From Bryobacterales bacterium (GTDB lineage Bacteria > Acidobacteriota > Terriglobia > Bryobacterales > Bryobacteraceae): a stretch of DNA of 64,000 bases. Position 1 is the stretch's first letter. The number at the start of each line of letters is the position of its first letter. The stretch covers positions 20 through 64,019 of the forward strand of contig CAWJUX010000002.1 of the NCBI GenBank assembly GCA_963846175.1, written 5' to 3'. The position numbers were made by a program, and so were the translations under genes. Positions 8,769-19,144 of this stretch are shown here, piece after piece. The notes beneath the pieces were generated by a model. It saw only the letters and a list, made by a program, of their open reading frames with translations, did no database searches and was not told the DNA's origin.

Positions 8769-9515
8769 GTGTCCGATTGCCCGTTTTACGCCGGCACTTC
8801 CGGGTTTGCTTATCCGTCCTGGAAACCCGGTTTCTATCCGCCGAAGTTAGCCGCTGGCCAGTTCCTTCACTTCTACGGGTCGCGCTTGAACACCGTCGAG
8901 GTGAATTACACCTACCGGCGCATCGCTTCCGCTGCTACGTTTAAGAAGTGGATTGATGCCACGCCGAACGGCTTCTTGTTTCTGCCCAAGGCGCACATGA
9001 AGATTACCCACTCCTTGAAATTAAAGGACGCGGAGGAATTCACGCGCTACTTTCTGGAGTCTCTGGAACCCTTGCGCGAAGCCGGAAGATTGGGGCCGGT
9101 TCTCTTTCAATTGCCGCCGAATATGACCGCCAACCCGGCGACCCTGGCTGCCTTTGTACGTCTGCTGCCAAAACCTTATAGAGCTACATTTGAATTCCGG
9201 AACGCCACCTGGTTTGCCGAAGACACTTACAAAGTCCTCCGTGAGCATAACGTCGCCCTCTGCTTGGCTGAGAATGAGAACCTGGAAACACCGCCAGTAG
9301 TCACCGCCGATTTTGTCTATCTCCGCCTCCGGAAGCCCGATTACGAAGAGTCCGAGTTGCTCGCGATTGATCGCCGCGTTCAACAGTATCTCGCCAACGG
9401 TTACCCTACCTTCGCCATCTTCAAGCACGAAGATACCCCCGCTGGCGCGTTGAATGCGGAGAAGCTTCTGCGTCTGCGCGGAACAAAGCCATTGGCATGG
9501 ACGGCGTCGCTGTAG
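8769..9515 (+). CDS. DUF72 (YecE-like) family protein
   Basis: N-terminal YAGTSGFAYPSWKPGFYP and FEFRNATWF...VYLRLR motifs are typical of DUF72. GTG start. Confidence 0.8.
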   Translation: MSDCPFYAGTSGFAYPSWKPGFYPPKLAAGQFLHFYGSRLNTVEVNYTYRRIASAATFKKWIDATPNGFLFLPKAHMKITHSLKLKDAEEFTRYFLESLEPLREAGRLGPVLFQLPPNMTANPATLAAFVRLLPKPYRATFEFRNATWFAEDTYKVLREHNVALCLAENENLETPPVVTADFVYLRLRKPDYEESELLAIDRRVQQYLANGYPTFAIFKHEDTPAGALNAEKLLRLRGTKPLAWTASL

Positions 9516-9542
9516 GATCTCCCCGCCGCCTAATTCGAAGCG

Positions 9543-10340
9543 CTAAGCCAGAATCACTTCAATGCCCCGGCTCCTCAGTCGCTCCACGTCTTTCGTTGGG
9601 GCGCGAGTATCTGTTATGACCCGGTGAATGCCACGAAAATCGTTGATCAGCGAAAGGCTGCGATGCCCGAACTTGCTCGAATCTGCCAGCACCGTCACTT
9701 CCGCAGTCGATTGGATCATTCGATGATTCAATTGAGCCTCCAGGATGTCAAGCGTCGTGATGCCGGTCTCGGTGTCCAGACCCACCGCGCTCATAAAGCA
9801 ATGGTCCGCGTGCAGAGAACTCATCATATGCTCGGCATGGGGTCCCACCAGCGCGGTGGAGGGATGGCGCAGAAAACCACCCAGCATAATGAGCGAAAGC
9901 TTTGGGCTGTCCGCCAGAATCTGCGCAATATTCAGCGCATAGGCAATCACGGTGACGTTTGACGGCGCTTGCGTCTTTAATTGGATGGCCAGCTCTGCCG
10001 ACGTGGAACCGCTGCAGAGAAACACCGTTTGCAAAGGCTTGATGAGCTTGGCCGCAGCCTGCGCAATGCGAACTTTTTCCTCATGGTTCATCCCCTCGCG
10101 GACCTTCAAGGGATGTTCCGGGGCCGCAGCCAGCGGCTTAATGCCGCCCCCATGCGATCGAACCAGGGCGCCGGAATCCGAAAGCGCATCCAGATCACTG
10201 CGTGCCGTAACAGCAGAGACTCCGAAGCGTTTTGCTATCTCTTCGACAGTCACACGGCCGTGCTGTCCAAGGACACTTACTATTTCCCGGCGGCGCTCCT
10301 CGGCTAGCAGCCGGTTCGGCAATTTTTTGGAGGTCGACAT
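9543..10340 (-). CDS. DeoR/GlpR-family transcriptional regulator
   Basis: EERRREIVSVLGQHGRVTVEEIAKRFGVSAVTARSDLDAL HTH followed by a DeoR C-terminal sensor-like region. Confidence 0.85.
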   Translation of the reverse strand: MSTSKKLPNRLLAEERRREIVSVLGQHGRVTVEEIAKRFGVSAVTARSDLDALSDSGALVRSHGGGIKPLAAAPEHPLKVREGMNHEEKVRIAQAAAKLIKPLQTVFLCSGSTSAELAIQLKTQAPSNVTVIAYALNIAQILADSPKLSLIMLGGFLRHPSTALVGPHAEHMMSSLHADHCFMSAVGLDTETGITTLDILEAQLNHRMIQSTAEVTVLADSSKFGHRSLSLINDFRGIHRVITDTRAPTKDVERLRSRGIEVILA

Positions 10341-10454
10341 AGTTTGAAAGCGAAATATTCCGGTTGAGCTTTTGTTCGGTATCCGTATTCTATCTTTTGC
10401 TTGTGTTTATTGAGCCTATAAAAAGTACGCGACAATGGCAAGAGTTTCCTTAAA

Positions 10455-11648
10455 ATGGCTACTTCAAACGCGATTCCTGGCCAATTTGTTCCCGAGGTCC
10501 ATTCTCAGACGGTCGCAACCGATGCTGCCGCCGCTATACCCTGGCACATCTGGTGCGCCGTCGCGGCTGTCACGTCCATCATGATTGGCGGCCATTGGGA
10601 CATTTCTTGGCACTCCTCCATCGGGCGTGACACATTTTGGACGCCCGCCCACATGGCAATTTACCTGGGTGGCCTGTTATCGGGCCTGGCCTTCGGATTC
10701 ATCATTCTGAACACGACGTTGTCGAAAGACTCTGCGCTGAGGGCTTACTCGGTAAGCGTCTGGGGTTTCCGCGCGCCACTGGGCGCCTTCATCGCGGCCT
10801 GGGGCGGCATCACTATGCTGACCTCTGCGCCCTTCGATAATTGGTGGCACGATGCGTACGGCCTGGACGTCAAAATCATCAGTCCGCCCCACATCATCCT
10901 TTTTCTCGGAATTTACGCCATTATCGCCGGCACCATGATCCTGATCTGTGGTCACATGAACCGGGCCACCGGGATTGCGCAACAACACGCGCGCCTGTTG
11001 TTCCTGTATATTTCCGGAATCATGCTCACGGTCATGATGATCATGCTGATGGAAACCGTGAGCCGACCGTACCTCCACGAATCCACACCCTACGTTGTGA
11101 TGGCGGCGCTGACCCCGATTACACTAACCATTGGCTGGCGAGCAACGAAGCTACCGTTTGCCGCAACGCTAATTGCCGGCATCTATACTTTTGTCAATAT
11201 CGCGCTGATCCAAATTCTGCCGTTGTTTCCCGCGCAGCCGAAGTTGGGCCCGGTTTACCAGCACGTCACTCAATTTATCCCGCCGCCGTTTCCCATCCTG
11301 CTGATTCTGCCGGCTTTGGCCCTTGATCTGCTTTGGAAGCGGACGGCTGGCTGGAACTCCTGGAAGATCGCCGCCATCAGCGGCCTTGTCTATACCAGCC
11401 TCCTCATTGCGGTGGAGTGGTTCTTCGCCGCATTCCTTATGTCTCCGGCGGCCGCCAATCGCTTCTTCGGCGTCATGTACCTTTATTACGCTCTTCCACC
11501 GCAATCGTTCCTGGCTCGCCATATGTTTCTGATAACGGAAACCTCGGGGCAACTCTGGCTTGGTTTTCTTTTCGCAGCGGTGCTCTCCGTCGTTTCCATC
11601 CGCTGGGCTATCTCCAGAGGTAACTGGATGTTTGCCGTCAAGCGCTAG
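10455..11648 (+). CDS. polytopic membrane protein of unknown function (HWDISWH motif)
   Basis: About 10 hydrophobic segments. Conserved-looking GGHWDISWHSSIGRDTFWTPAHMAIYLGG and NWWHDAYG. Confidence 0.55.
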   Translation: MATSNAIPGQFVPEVHSQTVATDAAAAIPWHIWCAVAAVTSIMIGGHWDISWHSSIGRDTFWTPAHMAIYLGGLLSGLAFGFIILNTTLSKDSALRAYSVSVWGFRAPLGAFIAAWGGITMLTSAPFDNWWHDAYGLDVKIISPPHIILFLGIYAIIAGTMILICGHMNRATGIAQQHARLLFLYISGIMLTVMMIMLMETVSRPYLHESTPYVVMAALTPITLTIGWRATKLPFAATLIAGIYTFVNIALIQILPLFPAQPKLGPVYQHVTQFIPPPFPILLILPALALDLLWKRTAGWNSWKIAAISGLVYTSLLIAVEWFFAAFLMSPAAANRFFGVMYLYYALPPQSFLARHMFLITETSGQLWLGFLFAAVLSVVSIRWAISRGNWMFAVKR

Positions 11649-11652
11649 TGGT

Positions 11653-13134
11653 ATGTCGCGAATTGGTAAGGCCGCACTCCTGCTTCTGGCTTTCGTAACG
11701 CTCGGCCAGGCGCACATCGGGAGCCCCGATATCTATGTGGACGGCAATGCCGGACCATACAGGCTATTCGTCACCATTCGTCCGCCGCAGGTGATTCCCG
11801 GAGTAGCGCAGGTGGAAGTGCGCGCGGAGGCTGCGGGAATTCGCGAGATGAGCGTGACGCCGCTTTCCCTGGGCCAGACCGGCGAGCAGAATGCGCCTAC
11901 GCCTGATTTGCTTCGCAGGAGCAATACGGATCCGCAGTTCTTTGCAGGCGCGCTCTGGCTGATGACGGACGGTTCCTCCCAGGTTCGCATTAAGGTGGAG
12001 GGTGCCCAGGGCAGTGGTGTCCTTGCCGTGCCGGTTGCCGCGGTGGCCAGAACCACTCGCAGCATGCAGTGGCAGCTTGGCGTCATTCTTAGTGTGCTCG
12101 GCCTGTTTCTGGTTGGCGGCATCACGGCCATCTGCGGGGCCGCTGTGCGCGAAGCCAAGCTTCCGGAAGGCCTCGCTCCCGCGCCACTCCAAGTCCGGCG
12201 AGGCAGAATCGCCATGGCCGCCGCTTTCGGCGTGATTGCGCTGGTGCTGTGGGGCGGAAAGTCTTGGTGGGACAGCGACGCTGCCGTCTATCGGGATCGC
12301 ATCTATAAGCCGCTCAACATGCAGGCTGATTTGCAAGAGAAGACGCTGACTCTAAAGCTCAGCGAACCCGGTTGGATGCAGGCTCAGCCGAATCGCGTAA
12401 CTCGGATTCTGTTTATTCGGAAGATGGATGATCTGGTTCCGGATCACGATCATCTCATGCACCTGTACGCTATTCGCGAGCCTGCTCTGGATGTTATTTA
12501 CCATCTGCATCCCGATCAATCCGGCCCTGACGATTTCCGCTTACAGCTGCCCAATATGCCGCCAGGCGAATATCAGCTGTATGCGGATGTCGTGCATGCC
12601 AACGGCCTGCCGGAGACTTTAACTGCCAGGCTCGCTTTGCCGCAAGGCATCGCCGCTTCAAGGCCCTTAGCCGGCGACGACGCCGCCGCTGAAACCGAGC
12701 CGGTGAGCCAGGCAACGCTAGGCGGCAGCTTTGTACTGCCGGACGGATATCGTATGCGCTGGCTGCGCGATGCAATGCCGCTACATGCTGAGGAGGGCAG
12801 GGAATTCCGCTTTGAGCTTTTGACTCCGGCAGGAAACAAGCCGAAGGACATGGCGCTTTACATGGGCATGGTGGGCCATGCCGCCTTTGTCAAAGACGAT
12901 GGCTCGGTGTTCGCCCATATCCACCCGAACGGAACCGTATCCATGGCGGCCTTTATGCTGGCCCAGAACAAAAGCGATCCCATGGCCGGGATGAATATGA
13001 ATATGGATTCCTCCATCCCGAATGAAGTGGCCTTTCCTTATGGATTGCCAGTGCCAGGAAAATTTCGCATCTTCGTTCAGATGAAACACGGGACCACGGT
13101 GGAAACCGGCGTCTTTGACGCCGCTGCCCAATAA
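11653..13134 (+). CDS. secreted/membrane-anchored His-rich protein, possible metal-binding
   Basis: ATG 11653 gives the signal MSRIGKAALLLLAFVTLGQA followed by HIGSP (a mature N-terminal His is possible). Two central TM segments. Repeated HLMHLYAI..HLHP and GHAAFV..AHIHP motifs. Confidence 0.5.
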   Translation: MSRIGKAALLLLAFVTLGQAHIGSPDIYVDGNAGPYRLFVTIRPPQVIPGVAQVEVRAEAAGIREMSVTPLSLGQTGEQNAPTPDLLRRSNTDPQFFAGALWLMTDGSSQVRIKVEGAQGSGVLAVPVAAVARTTRSMQWQLGVILSVLGLFLVGGITAICGAAVREAKLPEGLAPAPLQVRRGRIAMAAAFGVIALVLWGGKSWWDSDAAVYRDRIYKPLNMQADLQEKTLTLKLSEPGWMQAQPNRVTRILFIRKMDDLVPDHDHLMHLYAIREPALDVIYHLHPDQSGPDDFRLQLPNMPPGEYQLYADVVHANGLPETLTARLALPQGIAASRPLAGDDAAAETEPVSQATLGGSFVLPDGYRMRWLRDAMPLHAEEGREFRFELLTPAGNKPKDMALYMGMVGHAAFVKDDGSVFAHIHPNGTVSMAAFMLAQNKSDPMAGMNMNMDSSIPNEVAFPYGLPVPGKFRIFVQMKHGTTVETGVFDAAAQ

Positions 13135-13135
13135 T

Positions 13136-15487
13136 TCATCGCCGCAACTTCACAACCCGGTCTGCCAGCGCAGAAGGCTTACCTAGAATCGACAAAATCG
13201 TATTGCTGAAATTCAACCCATCATAGGGTTCTTCCACTGCTTGCGTGGGAATGCCCTCGCCCGCAAGCATCCAAACCGAATGCGTTGAGATCCGGAAGAA
13301 CCCGCCGTGATTCCCGCCTGCATTAGGGAAGCGGACATTGAAATTCCAGTGGTCGGCAGCGAAGATATGGAAATCCGTCTCCACCAGGGTGCGCCGTCGC
13401 TTTTCGTAGCGAACCATCACCGGATCCATGCCGCTTTTGCCGGGTACATCCGGAGCAATAGGCGATAACTCCTCAATGATGCCGATAACCCCGGTCGAAT
13501 AGCGGCACTTGTGAATGGCTTCCATCCACTCTCTCTCGCTGTGCCAGCTTGACAGCCATTGAGCTTTATCCGCGCCCGGCGGCAGGTGTAAATTCTCGTC
13601 CTCGAACAAATCGAGAGGCAGTCCCGGTTGCCAGGTCGTGTCCTCGGCATTCACCGGCTCACCCGCATCAGCCTGAGTCAGATTCATCACAGGTCGAAGC
13701 CTGATCTGGCAATCGGAGTTCGTCTCAATCACTAGCTGTTTCTGGTCATCACGGTAAAGCCAGTAGGACTTCCTGCCGGGCAGAATAGCGGCGACAAAAT
13801 CAATAGGCTGGTTTGATAAAGCCGCCTGCGGATTGTTGCGAACCCGTTGCGCCAGCAGCAATTGAGGATAGTTCACGTGCCGGAAGGTACTCTGCTCATC
13901 CAGCATGCCCGCGTTGTTCACTGAGATGCCAAGCGGCGAAAGGCCCACTACATAATGTTGAATCTGCCCCACGCTATTGTTATCGCCTTGGGCCAGCGCC
14001 GGCAGGAAGCTGTCCACTTTGTCTTCGAGCGGCTTCGATGCATCAGGGACATAGGCCAGCAAGTGCCGCAGATGTTGAAGATAGTCGGTGTACCCCTCCA
14101 CTTCCTCCTGCCAGTCCGCCAGTTCGTTTCGGAGGCGGCGATTTTTCATGTACTGGCCCGAGTTATCGCCTTTGCTGGAGCGAGTCATCTTCAACTTCGC
14201 TACCATCTCCTTGCGAGGCGTCATGAGTCGTGCCAGGACTGTAATTTCGTCGCTGAGCTCGTGATCCGTTCTTGTCCAGTCCGCCCGGTTCCTATCAATC
14301 AATGAGCGCACATACAGTGCCGCGGCCTTCCGTTCGGCCGCCGGCAAATCCTGGCGCGCCAGTTGCTTCAGAAGAATGTGAATTTTATTCAGGTCATTGT
14401 TCCGCAAACCGACCGAAGTCCGTTCGTTTCCATCGATATCAATCCATGCCGTCGGATATCGATCCGCTTCATCCGCCAGGTAGAACGATGTCTTCGTAGG
14501 AGTAATTACTCTTGTTACCAGCGGGTCCAGCGCTCTTAATTTGAAGTCACTCAGTTGCTGACGGTCAGTGACAATGTGGTGGCCGCCGCCGGCCGGGCTG
14601 CTCAGCAAGTCAGTAATGCTGTAGGTCTGACTGATGATGCCGGGCACATTATTCATGCCATGGTCGGAAACCATCGCCAGAACGGTCTGATGCGCCAGCG
14701 GGCTCTTTTCTATTTCAGTCCATACCTGGCCCACGCGTGCATCCACACCCCGCAGGATGGCAGTCAACGCTTCCTCCTGGCTGGTGCCGTGGCCCGCATG
14801 GTCCACATCGCCGTCGTAGCTATCAAGATACAGGATCTCGCTGCCGGCTATGCCGGCCGCTACGTCGGCGTCTGTTTGATCTTGCAGTAAGGATTCGTAG
14901 GAAGGCACTCCCGCCTCTTCCACAGTGGCTAAAATCGCGGTTCTTGAGAACCTGCGTCGCAGTACATTGCTCAGCGTTTCCCAGCGGACTCCACGCTGGA
15001 ATAGCTGAAAGCTTTGGTATGACTCGGCGGGTTTGAACGAATCAATCAACAGGGGTATGCCCGCACGGTCCAGTACTTCCACTCCAGGCATATCCACCTG
15101 GTGTTTGCGCGCGTAGCTTATGTAGAATGGAAAGAAATTGAGGTAATCGTAAGACTTGCCGTAATAGCGGTCAAACTCCACATTGCCGCGAATGACTGGA
15201 TGGCGGCCTGTGTCGAGGATCGACCACGATGGTGCAGACAGACTGATTCCTCTGGAGTAGAAGTTTTTAAAGACCGTGCCGTTATCGAAGAAGACGTGCT
15301 TGATCCACGGTAATTCCGATTTGCCGGTGTCCGGATCAATCTTGTTGACGGCGCGCTCCAGCAGATCTTGATTTAAGCCGTCGATCTTCAGAATCACGAC
15401 GCGCTTGGGCGTGTCCGCAGATTGTGCTCTGAGAAGGCTTGCCGCCAGAACCACTACGATTGCCGCGCGCGCCGCCAGGTGGGTCAC
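13136..15487 (-). CDS. alkaline-phosphatase-superfamily protein (nucleotide pyrophosphatase/phosphodiesterase-like N-domain) with a long C-terminal extension
   Basis: Signal-like N-terminus. VVILKIDGLNQDLL and LAMVSDHGM motifs are typical of type I phosphodiesterase/AP-superfamily enzymes. Confidence 0.65.
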   Translation of the reverse strand: MTHLAARAAIVVVLAASLLRAQSADTPKRVVILKIDGLNQDLLERAVNKIDPDTGKSELPWIKHVFFDNGTVFKNFYSRGISLSAPSWSILDTGRHPVIRGNVEFDRYYGKSYDYLNFFPFYISYARKHQVDMPGVEVLDRAGIPLLIDSFKPAESYQSFQLFQRGVRWETLSNVLRRRFSRTAILATVEEAGVPSYESLLQDQTDADVAAGIAGSEILYLDSYDGDVDHAGHGTSQEEALTAILRGVDARVGQVWTEIEKSPLAHQTVLAMVSDHGMNNVPGIISQTYSITDLLSSPAGGGHHIVTDRQQLSDFKLRALDPLVTRVITPTKTSFYLADEADRYPTAWIDIDGNERTSVGLRNNDLNKIHILLKQLARQDLPAAERKAAALYVRSLIDRNRADWTRTDHELSDEITVLARLMTPRKEMVAKLKMTRSSKGDNSGQYMKNRRLRNELADWQEEVEGYTDYLQHLRHLLAYVPDASKPLEDKVDSFLPALAQGDNNSVGQIQHYVVGLSPLGISVNNAGMLDEQSTFRHVNYPQLLLAQRVRNNPQAALSNQPIDFVAAILPGRKSYWLYRDDQKQLVIETNSDCQIRLRPVMNLTQADAGEPVNAEDTTWQPGLPLDLFEDENLHLPPGADKAQWLSSWHSEREWMEAIHKCRYSTGVIGIIEELSPIAPDVPGKSGMDPVMVRYEKRRRTLVETDFHIFAADHWNFNVRFPNAGGNHGGFFRISTHSVWMLAGEGIPTQAVEEPYDGLNFSNTILSILGKPSALADRVVKLRR

Positions 15488-17346
15488 TTAAGCCGCTCAG
15501 TAAGCGGAGTCGAGGCTGGCTCGGCCAAAACGCCGGGAACTTTGGTGGCGACGGGCCATCGGGTCGCATTCAGCTTTCCGGAAGCTTGCAAGCAGTCGGC
15601 TTTAACTTCGTTGTCGGCCGTCAATCTGCGGAGCTTGTCCAGTGTCTGCTGAGCATGCAGCCGCATTTGAGGTGATTGAATATCGGCAATCATGTCTCCC
15701 AGCTCCGTTACCGAATCTCGAATCCGGAATTCCTGAAACGCTACCTCCGGCGGAGTACCCGCGGTCACTAATTTGTCGAGGAACTCCAGGTTATACTCGG
15801 CGCGGCGGTAAGTGGCAAGCATCACCAGGTCGGCATCATTTTTCTTTGCCCGGTGCGTATACTTACCCAACGTGATCGCATGTAAGGCGATATCGATGCC
15901 GCGTCTTTCTGAACTGGCGTCAAATGCCGCCAGTTCCTCCCGGCGCTGGTTGTCTATTTGTCTCATCAGCAGGCTGTTGTCTCCTCGCGCCTCAAGGCTA
16001 AGCCGGGCGTAACGCTTCAGCGCAGCCGCCATTTCGTTGGCTGGGGAAGATTCCAGCGGATTGCTGGAGATGTATTCGGCTCGCCGCGAAATCTCCTGCC
16101 GCAAGCCCGGGTCCAGGTCGTGGTCAAGCGCCAGCGAAACTCGGAACTCGCTGTAGCTGTCTAAGCGCTCGGCCCGGTTGCTGGTCTTGCCGCGGCGCTC
16201 CTGAACAAAAGAAAAAATATCTGTGGCCACAAAGTAGTACCAGTTTGTGAAATGCGACACACCCACAATGCCGCTGGCGATTTCATCTATTGACTTTTGC
16301 GCGATGTCATTCCGTCGAAGGTTGAGCTTGTCGCGAAAATCAACTAGCAGGAGCGGCTGCCTCGGGTAGGTAAAGCTGTATAGGGCAAGCGGTATCAGCT
16401 TGCTGGTCACACCGTTCACCTCCGCGATTTTGGCGAAGCCGGTCCAACTTCGCAAACGTTCGTCGGAGTAAGGGTTCGTAATCGAAAGCAGCTTCCAGAT
16501 TTCCCCAAGCTTCCCTGAGCCGGGTTCCTGCTGCGCGCGTGACGGATACCACAGCATGCCATATTGCTGCTCAGCGCCGGCTAAGGTCACGGGTTCAAAT
16601 ACCAAGCCGGCCTTCTCGGCACATTGGCGCAGCAGTTCCCAATTCCGGGCGCGAACGCTTTCCTGCTCAAAGCTCGCTTCCTTTCCAAGTGAGGCCAGGT
16701 GTGATGAATTCACAAAGCCGCCTAAAAGCTTCTTGCGCAGCTCAATGCGGGCCATCACAAAATCCCGCTGGTCGGAAGTGATCTCATCGGCGCTATTCCC
16801 AACCGGCGCATTGAGGAGATAAGTGTTGGCTTCCTCCAGGTGCAATCGCTCATCGTCGACCTGATTCGTACGGTAAGCGCGAGTGGTTGCCCGCACAGGC
16901 GTGCCGATGGTGTCGAGGGCCGTCCATTGCAGAATCTGGCGCTCCACCTTGTTCACAGAGGTGCTTTGTGGAGCCGAGAGGTCCAGCAGCGGGGCTGTGT
17001 CTTTGCGCTTCACCTGAGAAGAGCCATCGCCGGGACTCCAGTAGAAGAAAGGAATGGAGGCAAGAGCCCGCTGACCCAGCGTGGGTCTTGTATAAGCTAG
17101 CAGCCAGACGGCGGTGATTTTGTGGCTGGACACGTCATCCTCACCCAGCGTGTCGCGGAGAACGGCGACCAGCGGAATATCTTGGCCGACCTTGTCGCCT
17201 GCGCCGCAAGCACGGCAGAATAACGTCAGGAGATTCGCGGTGACCGGTTGTCCGGCAGGCAGACTTCGCCAGTAATAAACCGGAGCCGCTAACATAGACG
17301 CCGAACCGAGTGTCAATGCCAAAAAAAAGCCAAGTACTCGAAACAA
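15484..17346 (-). CDS. hypothetical secreted protein (620 aa), co-transcribed with the AP-superfamily gene
   Basis: Signal-like MFRVLGFFLALTLGSASMLAAP (TTG start). Its stop overlaps the start of the downstream gene by 4 nt. Confidence 0.5.
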   Translation of the reverse strand: MFRVLGFFLALTLGSASMLAAPVYYWRSLPAGQPVTANLLTLFCRACGAGDKVGQDIPLVAVLRDTLGEDDVSSHKITAVWLLAYTRPTLGQRALASIPFFYWSPGDGSSQVKRKDTAPLLDLSAPQSTSVNKVERQILQWTALDTIGTPVRATTRAYRTNQVDDERLHLEEANTYLLNAPVGNSADEITSDQRDFVMARIELRKKLLGGFVNSSHLASLGKEASFEQESVRARNWELLRQCAEKAGLVFEPVTLAGAEQQYGMLWYPSRAQQEPGSGKLGEIWKLLSITNPYSDERLRSWTGFAKIAEVNGVTSKLIPLALYSFTYPRQPLLLVDFRDKLNLRRNDIAQKSIDEIASGIVGVSHFTNWYYFVATDIFSFVQERRGKTSNRAERLDSYSEFRVSLALDHDLDPGLRQEISRRAEYISSNPLESSPANEMAAALKRYARLSLEARGDNSLLMRQIDNQRREELAAFDASSERRGIDIALHAITLGKYTHRAKKNDADLVMLATYRRAEYNLEFLDKLVTAGTPPEVAFQEFRIRDSVTELGDMIADIQSPQMRLHAQQTLDKLRRLTADNEVKADCLQASGKLNATRWPVATKVPGVLAEPASTPLTERLK

Positions 17347-17409
17347 CCCTGAAAAGCTCTCCTCGTAGATCTGATGCTCCGAGTACCTCGCATGTTACGT
17401 TATTAGGGC

Positions 17410-17826
17410 GTGGCTTTTGAGACCATCCTAAACGCCGTGTGGCTCCTGCTGGGGTTAACTTCCCTACTGGTCATGCTCAGGCGGTCCCAAAAAGGCAGAG
17501 CCTCTGTCCTTTGCGGCATCGGTGTCAGCCTCATCATCGCCACTCTCTTTCCGGTTATTTCGGCCTCCGATGATGTCATCCGGATTCAACATCTGGAGAG
17601 ACTTCACGACTCGCAACATCACCAGTCAAAGACCACCAGCCACAAACGGACGACCGATAGCCTAATCCGCCTCTATGAGGCTATGGAATCACCGCTGGCC
17701 GCCACCCCGGTTCGCGTTTGCTTCATATTATTCTTCGCCTTTTTGACCATTCCTTTATGCGAAGCTTATGCGCGCCAAGGCACTATAAGTGCTATTGGCC
17801 GTTCTCCGCCGATGGTTGTCGCATAA
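17410..17826 (+). CDS. small membrane protein upstream of the czc-like operon
   Basis: GTG-start ORF with 2-3 hydrophobic segments and a His/Ser/Thr-rich loop. No recognisable family. Confidence 0.35.
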   Translation: MAFETILNAVWLLLGLTSLLVMLRRSQKGRASVLCGIGVSLIIATLFPVISASDDVIRIQHLERLHDSQHHQSKTTSHKRTTDSLIRLYEAMESPLAATPVRVCFILFFAFLTIPLCEAYARQGTISAIGRSPPMVVA

Positions 17827-17875
17827 AGCAACTGTTGTTTAACCGAAATCTTAAGGAAACAAACTAGGAGGAAGT

Positions 17876-19144
17876 GTGCAACGCCACACTTGGCGTCTAG
17901 CCATCCCACTCCTGAGTGCCGTGGTTGTTGCATGGGCGCAAACTCCCCCACAGCCAATCAAAGCCATGACATGGCAGGCGGCTCAGGATGAATTTAGAGC
18001 GAATAATTCCACGCTAAAAGCGGACCAGGCTTCGGTCGACGAGGCTCGCGCGCAGGAGATTACGGCCTACCTGCGCCCGAATCCGGATTTGACCCTCGGG
18101 ATTGACCAGCTGACTTTGTTTCAGTCCAATGCCTTCCAACCGCTCTATCAATCCTATGAATACGGGAGCCTTTCCTATTTGCATGAGCGCCGGCACAAAC
18201 GCGAACTCAGGCTGCAAAGCGCCAAACTAGGGACCGCGATTGCGCTATCCCAGAAGGATGATTCGGAACGGACCCTGATGTTCAGTCTGCGTGATGCGTT
18301 CATCCGCGCACTCACCGCGAAAGCCACCTTGGCACTGACGAAAGAGAACCTGGACTACTACGACAAGCTGCTGAATATCAACAGCGAACGATTCAAGGCC
18401 GGCGCCATCGCACACGTCGATTACCAGCGCCTGGAACTGCAGCGTGTCCAATATGAATCAGACCTGGCAACCGCCAATGTAAATCTCCGCACGGCTAAAA
18501 TCGACCTGCTTCAACTTCTGCAGGATCGCACTCCCGTGGAAGAGTTCGACATTACCGAGGATTTTGATTTTACCGGGTCAGCGCCGGCAACCGATGATCT
18601 GCATCGAATTGCGCTCGAAGACCGCCCGGACTTGAAGGCGGCACAGGAGACGCTGAATCAGTCCCGGACGAATTTCAAGCTCGAAACGGCCAACGGTTCC
18701 ACCGATCCGACATTTGGAGTTGACGCTTCTCATCAGCCCAACCCGCTGGGTACCTACGTCGGCTTCAGCATAAACTTTCCGCTGCGCATTTTCGATCGCA
18801 ATCAGGGTGAAAAGTTGCGCACCAAACTGGATATCGGCAAGAGTCAGCACCTGCTGGACGCGGCTCAGATTGGTGTCTTGCATGATGTCGACGCGGCTGC
18901 CGCGACGCTTGACAGCACTCTCACCCTGCTGCGTCCCTATAAGGAGAAATATCTCCAGGAGGCGGCGGATGTACGATCCGTTATCTCCTTTTCCTATGAG
19001 CATGGAGCGGCCTCGCTGCTGGATTTCCTGAATGCCCAGAACGAGTACCGCGCTACTAGGCTCGCCTACATAAATCTGGTGAGTTCGTACAAATCCGCTG
19101 CAAATCAACTCAATGAAGCTGTTGGACGCGAGGTGATCAAATGA
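17876..19144 (+). CDS. czcC: TolC-family outer-membrane efflux protein (CzcC-like)
   Basis: AGGAGG then GTG start, signal peptide, paired coiled-coil/OEP repeats. Stop overlaps the next gene (ATGA). Confidence 0.8.
   Translation: MQRHTWRLAIPLLSAVVVAWAQTPPQPIKAMTWQAAQDEFRANNSTLKADQASVDEARAQEITAYLRPNPDLTLGIDQLTLFQSNAFQPLYQSYEYGSLSYLHERRHKRELRLQSAKLGTAIALSQKDDSERTLMFSLRDAFIRALTAKATLALTKENLDYYDKLLNINSERFKAGAIAHVDYQRLELQRVQYESDLATANVNLRTAKIDLLQLLQDRTPVEEFDITEDFDFTGSAPATDDLHRIALEDRPDLKAAQETLNQSRTNFKLETANGSTDPTFGVDASHQPNPLGTYVGFSINFPLRIFDRNQGEKLRTKLDIGKSQHLLDAAQIGVLHDVDAAAATLDSTLTLLRPYKEKYLQEAADVRSVISFSYEHGAASLLDFLNAQNEYRATRLAYINLVSSYKSAANQLNEAVGREVIK

Noticed and set aside
11560-11652. Upstream extension of the 11653..13134 gene (ORF track start 11560)
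   Set aside because: The extension overlaps the end of the preceding membrane-protein gene and is Ser/Pro-rich. ATG 11653 gives a canonical signal peptide 5 nt after the upstream stop.
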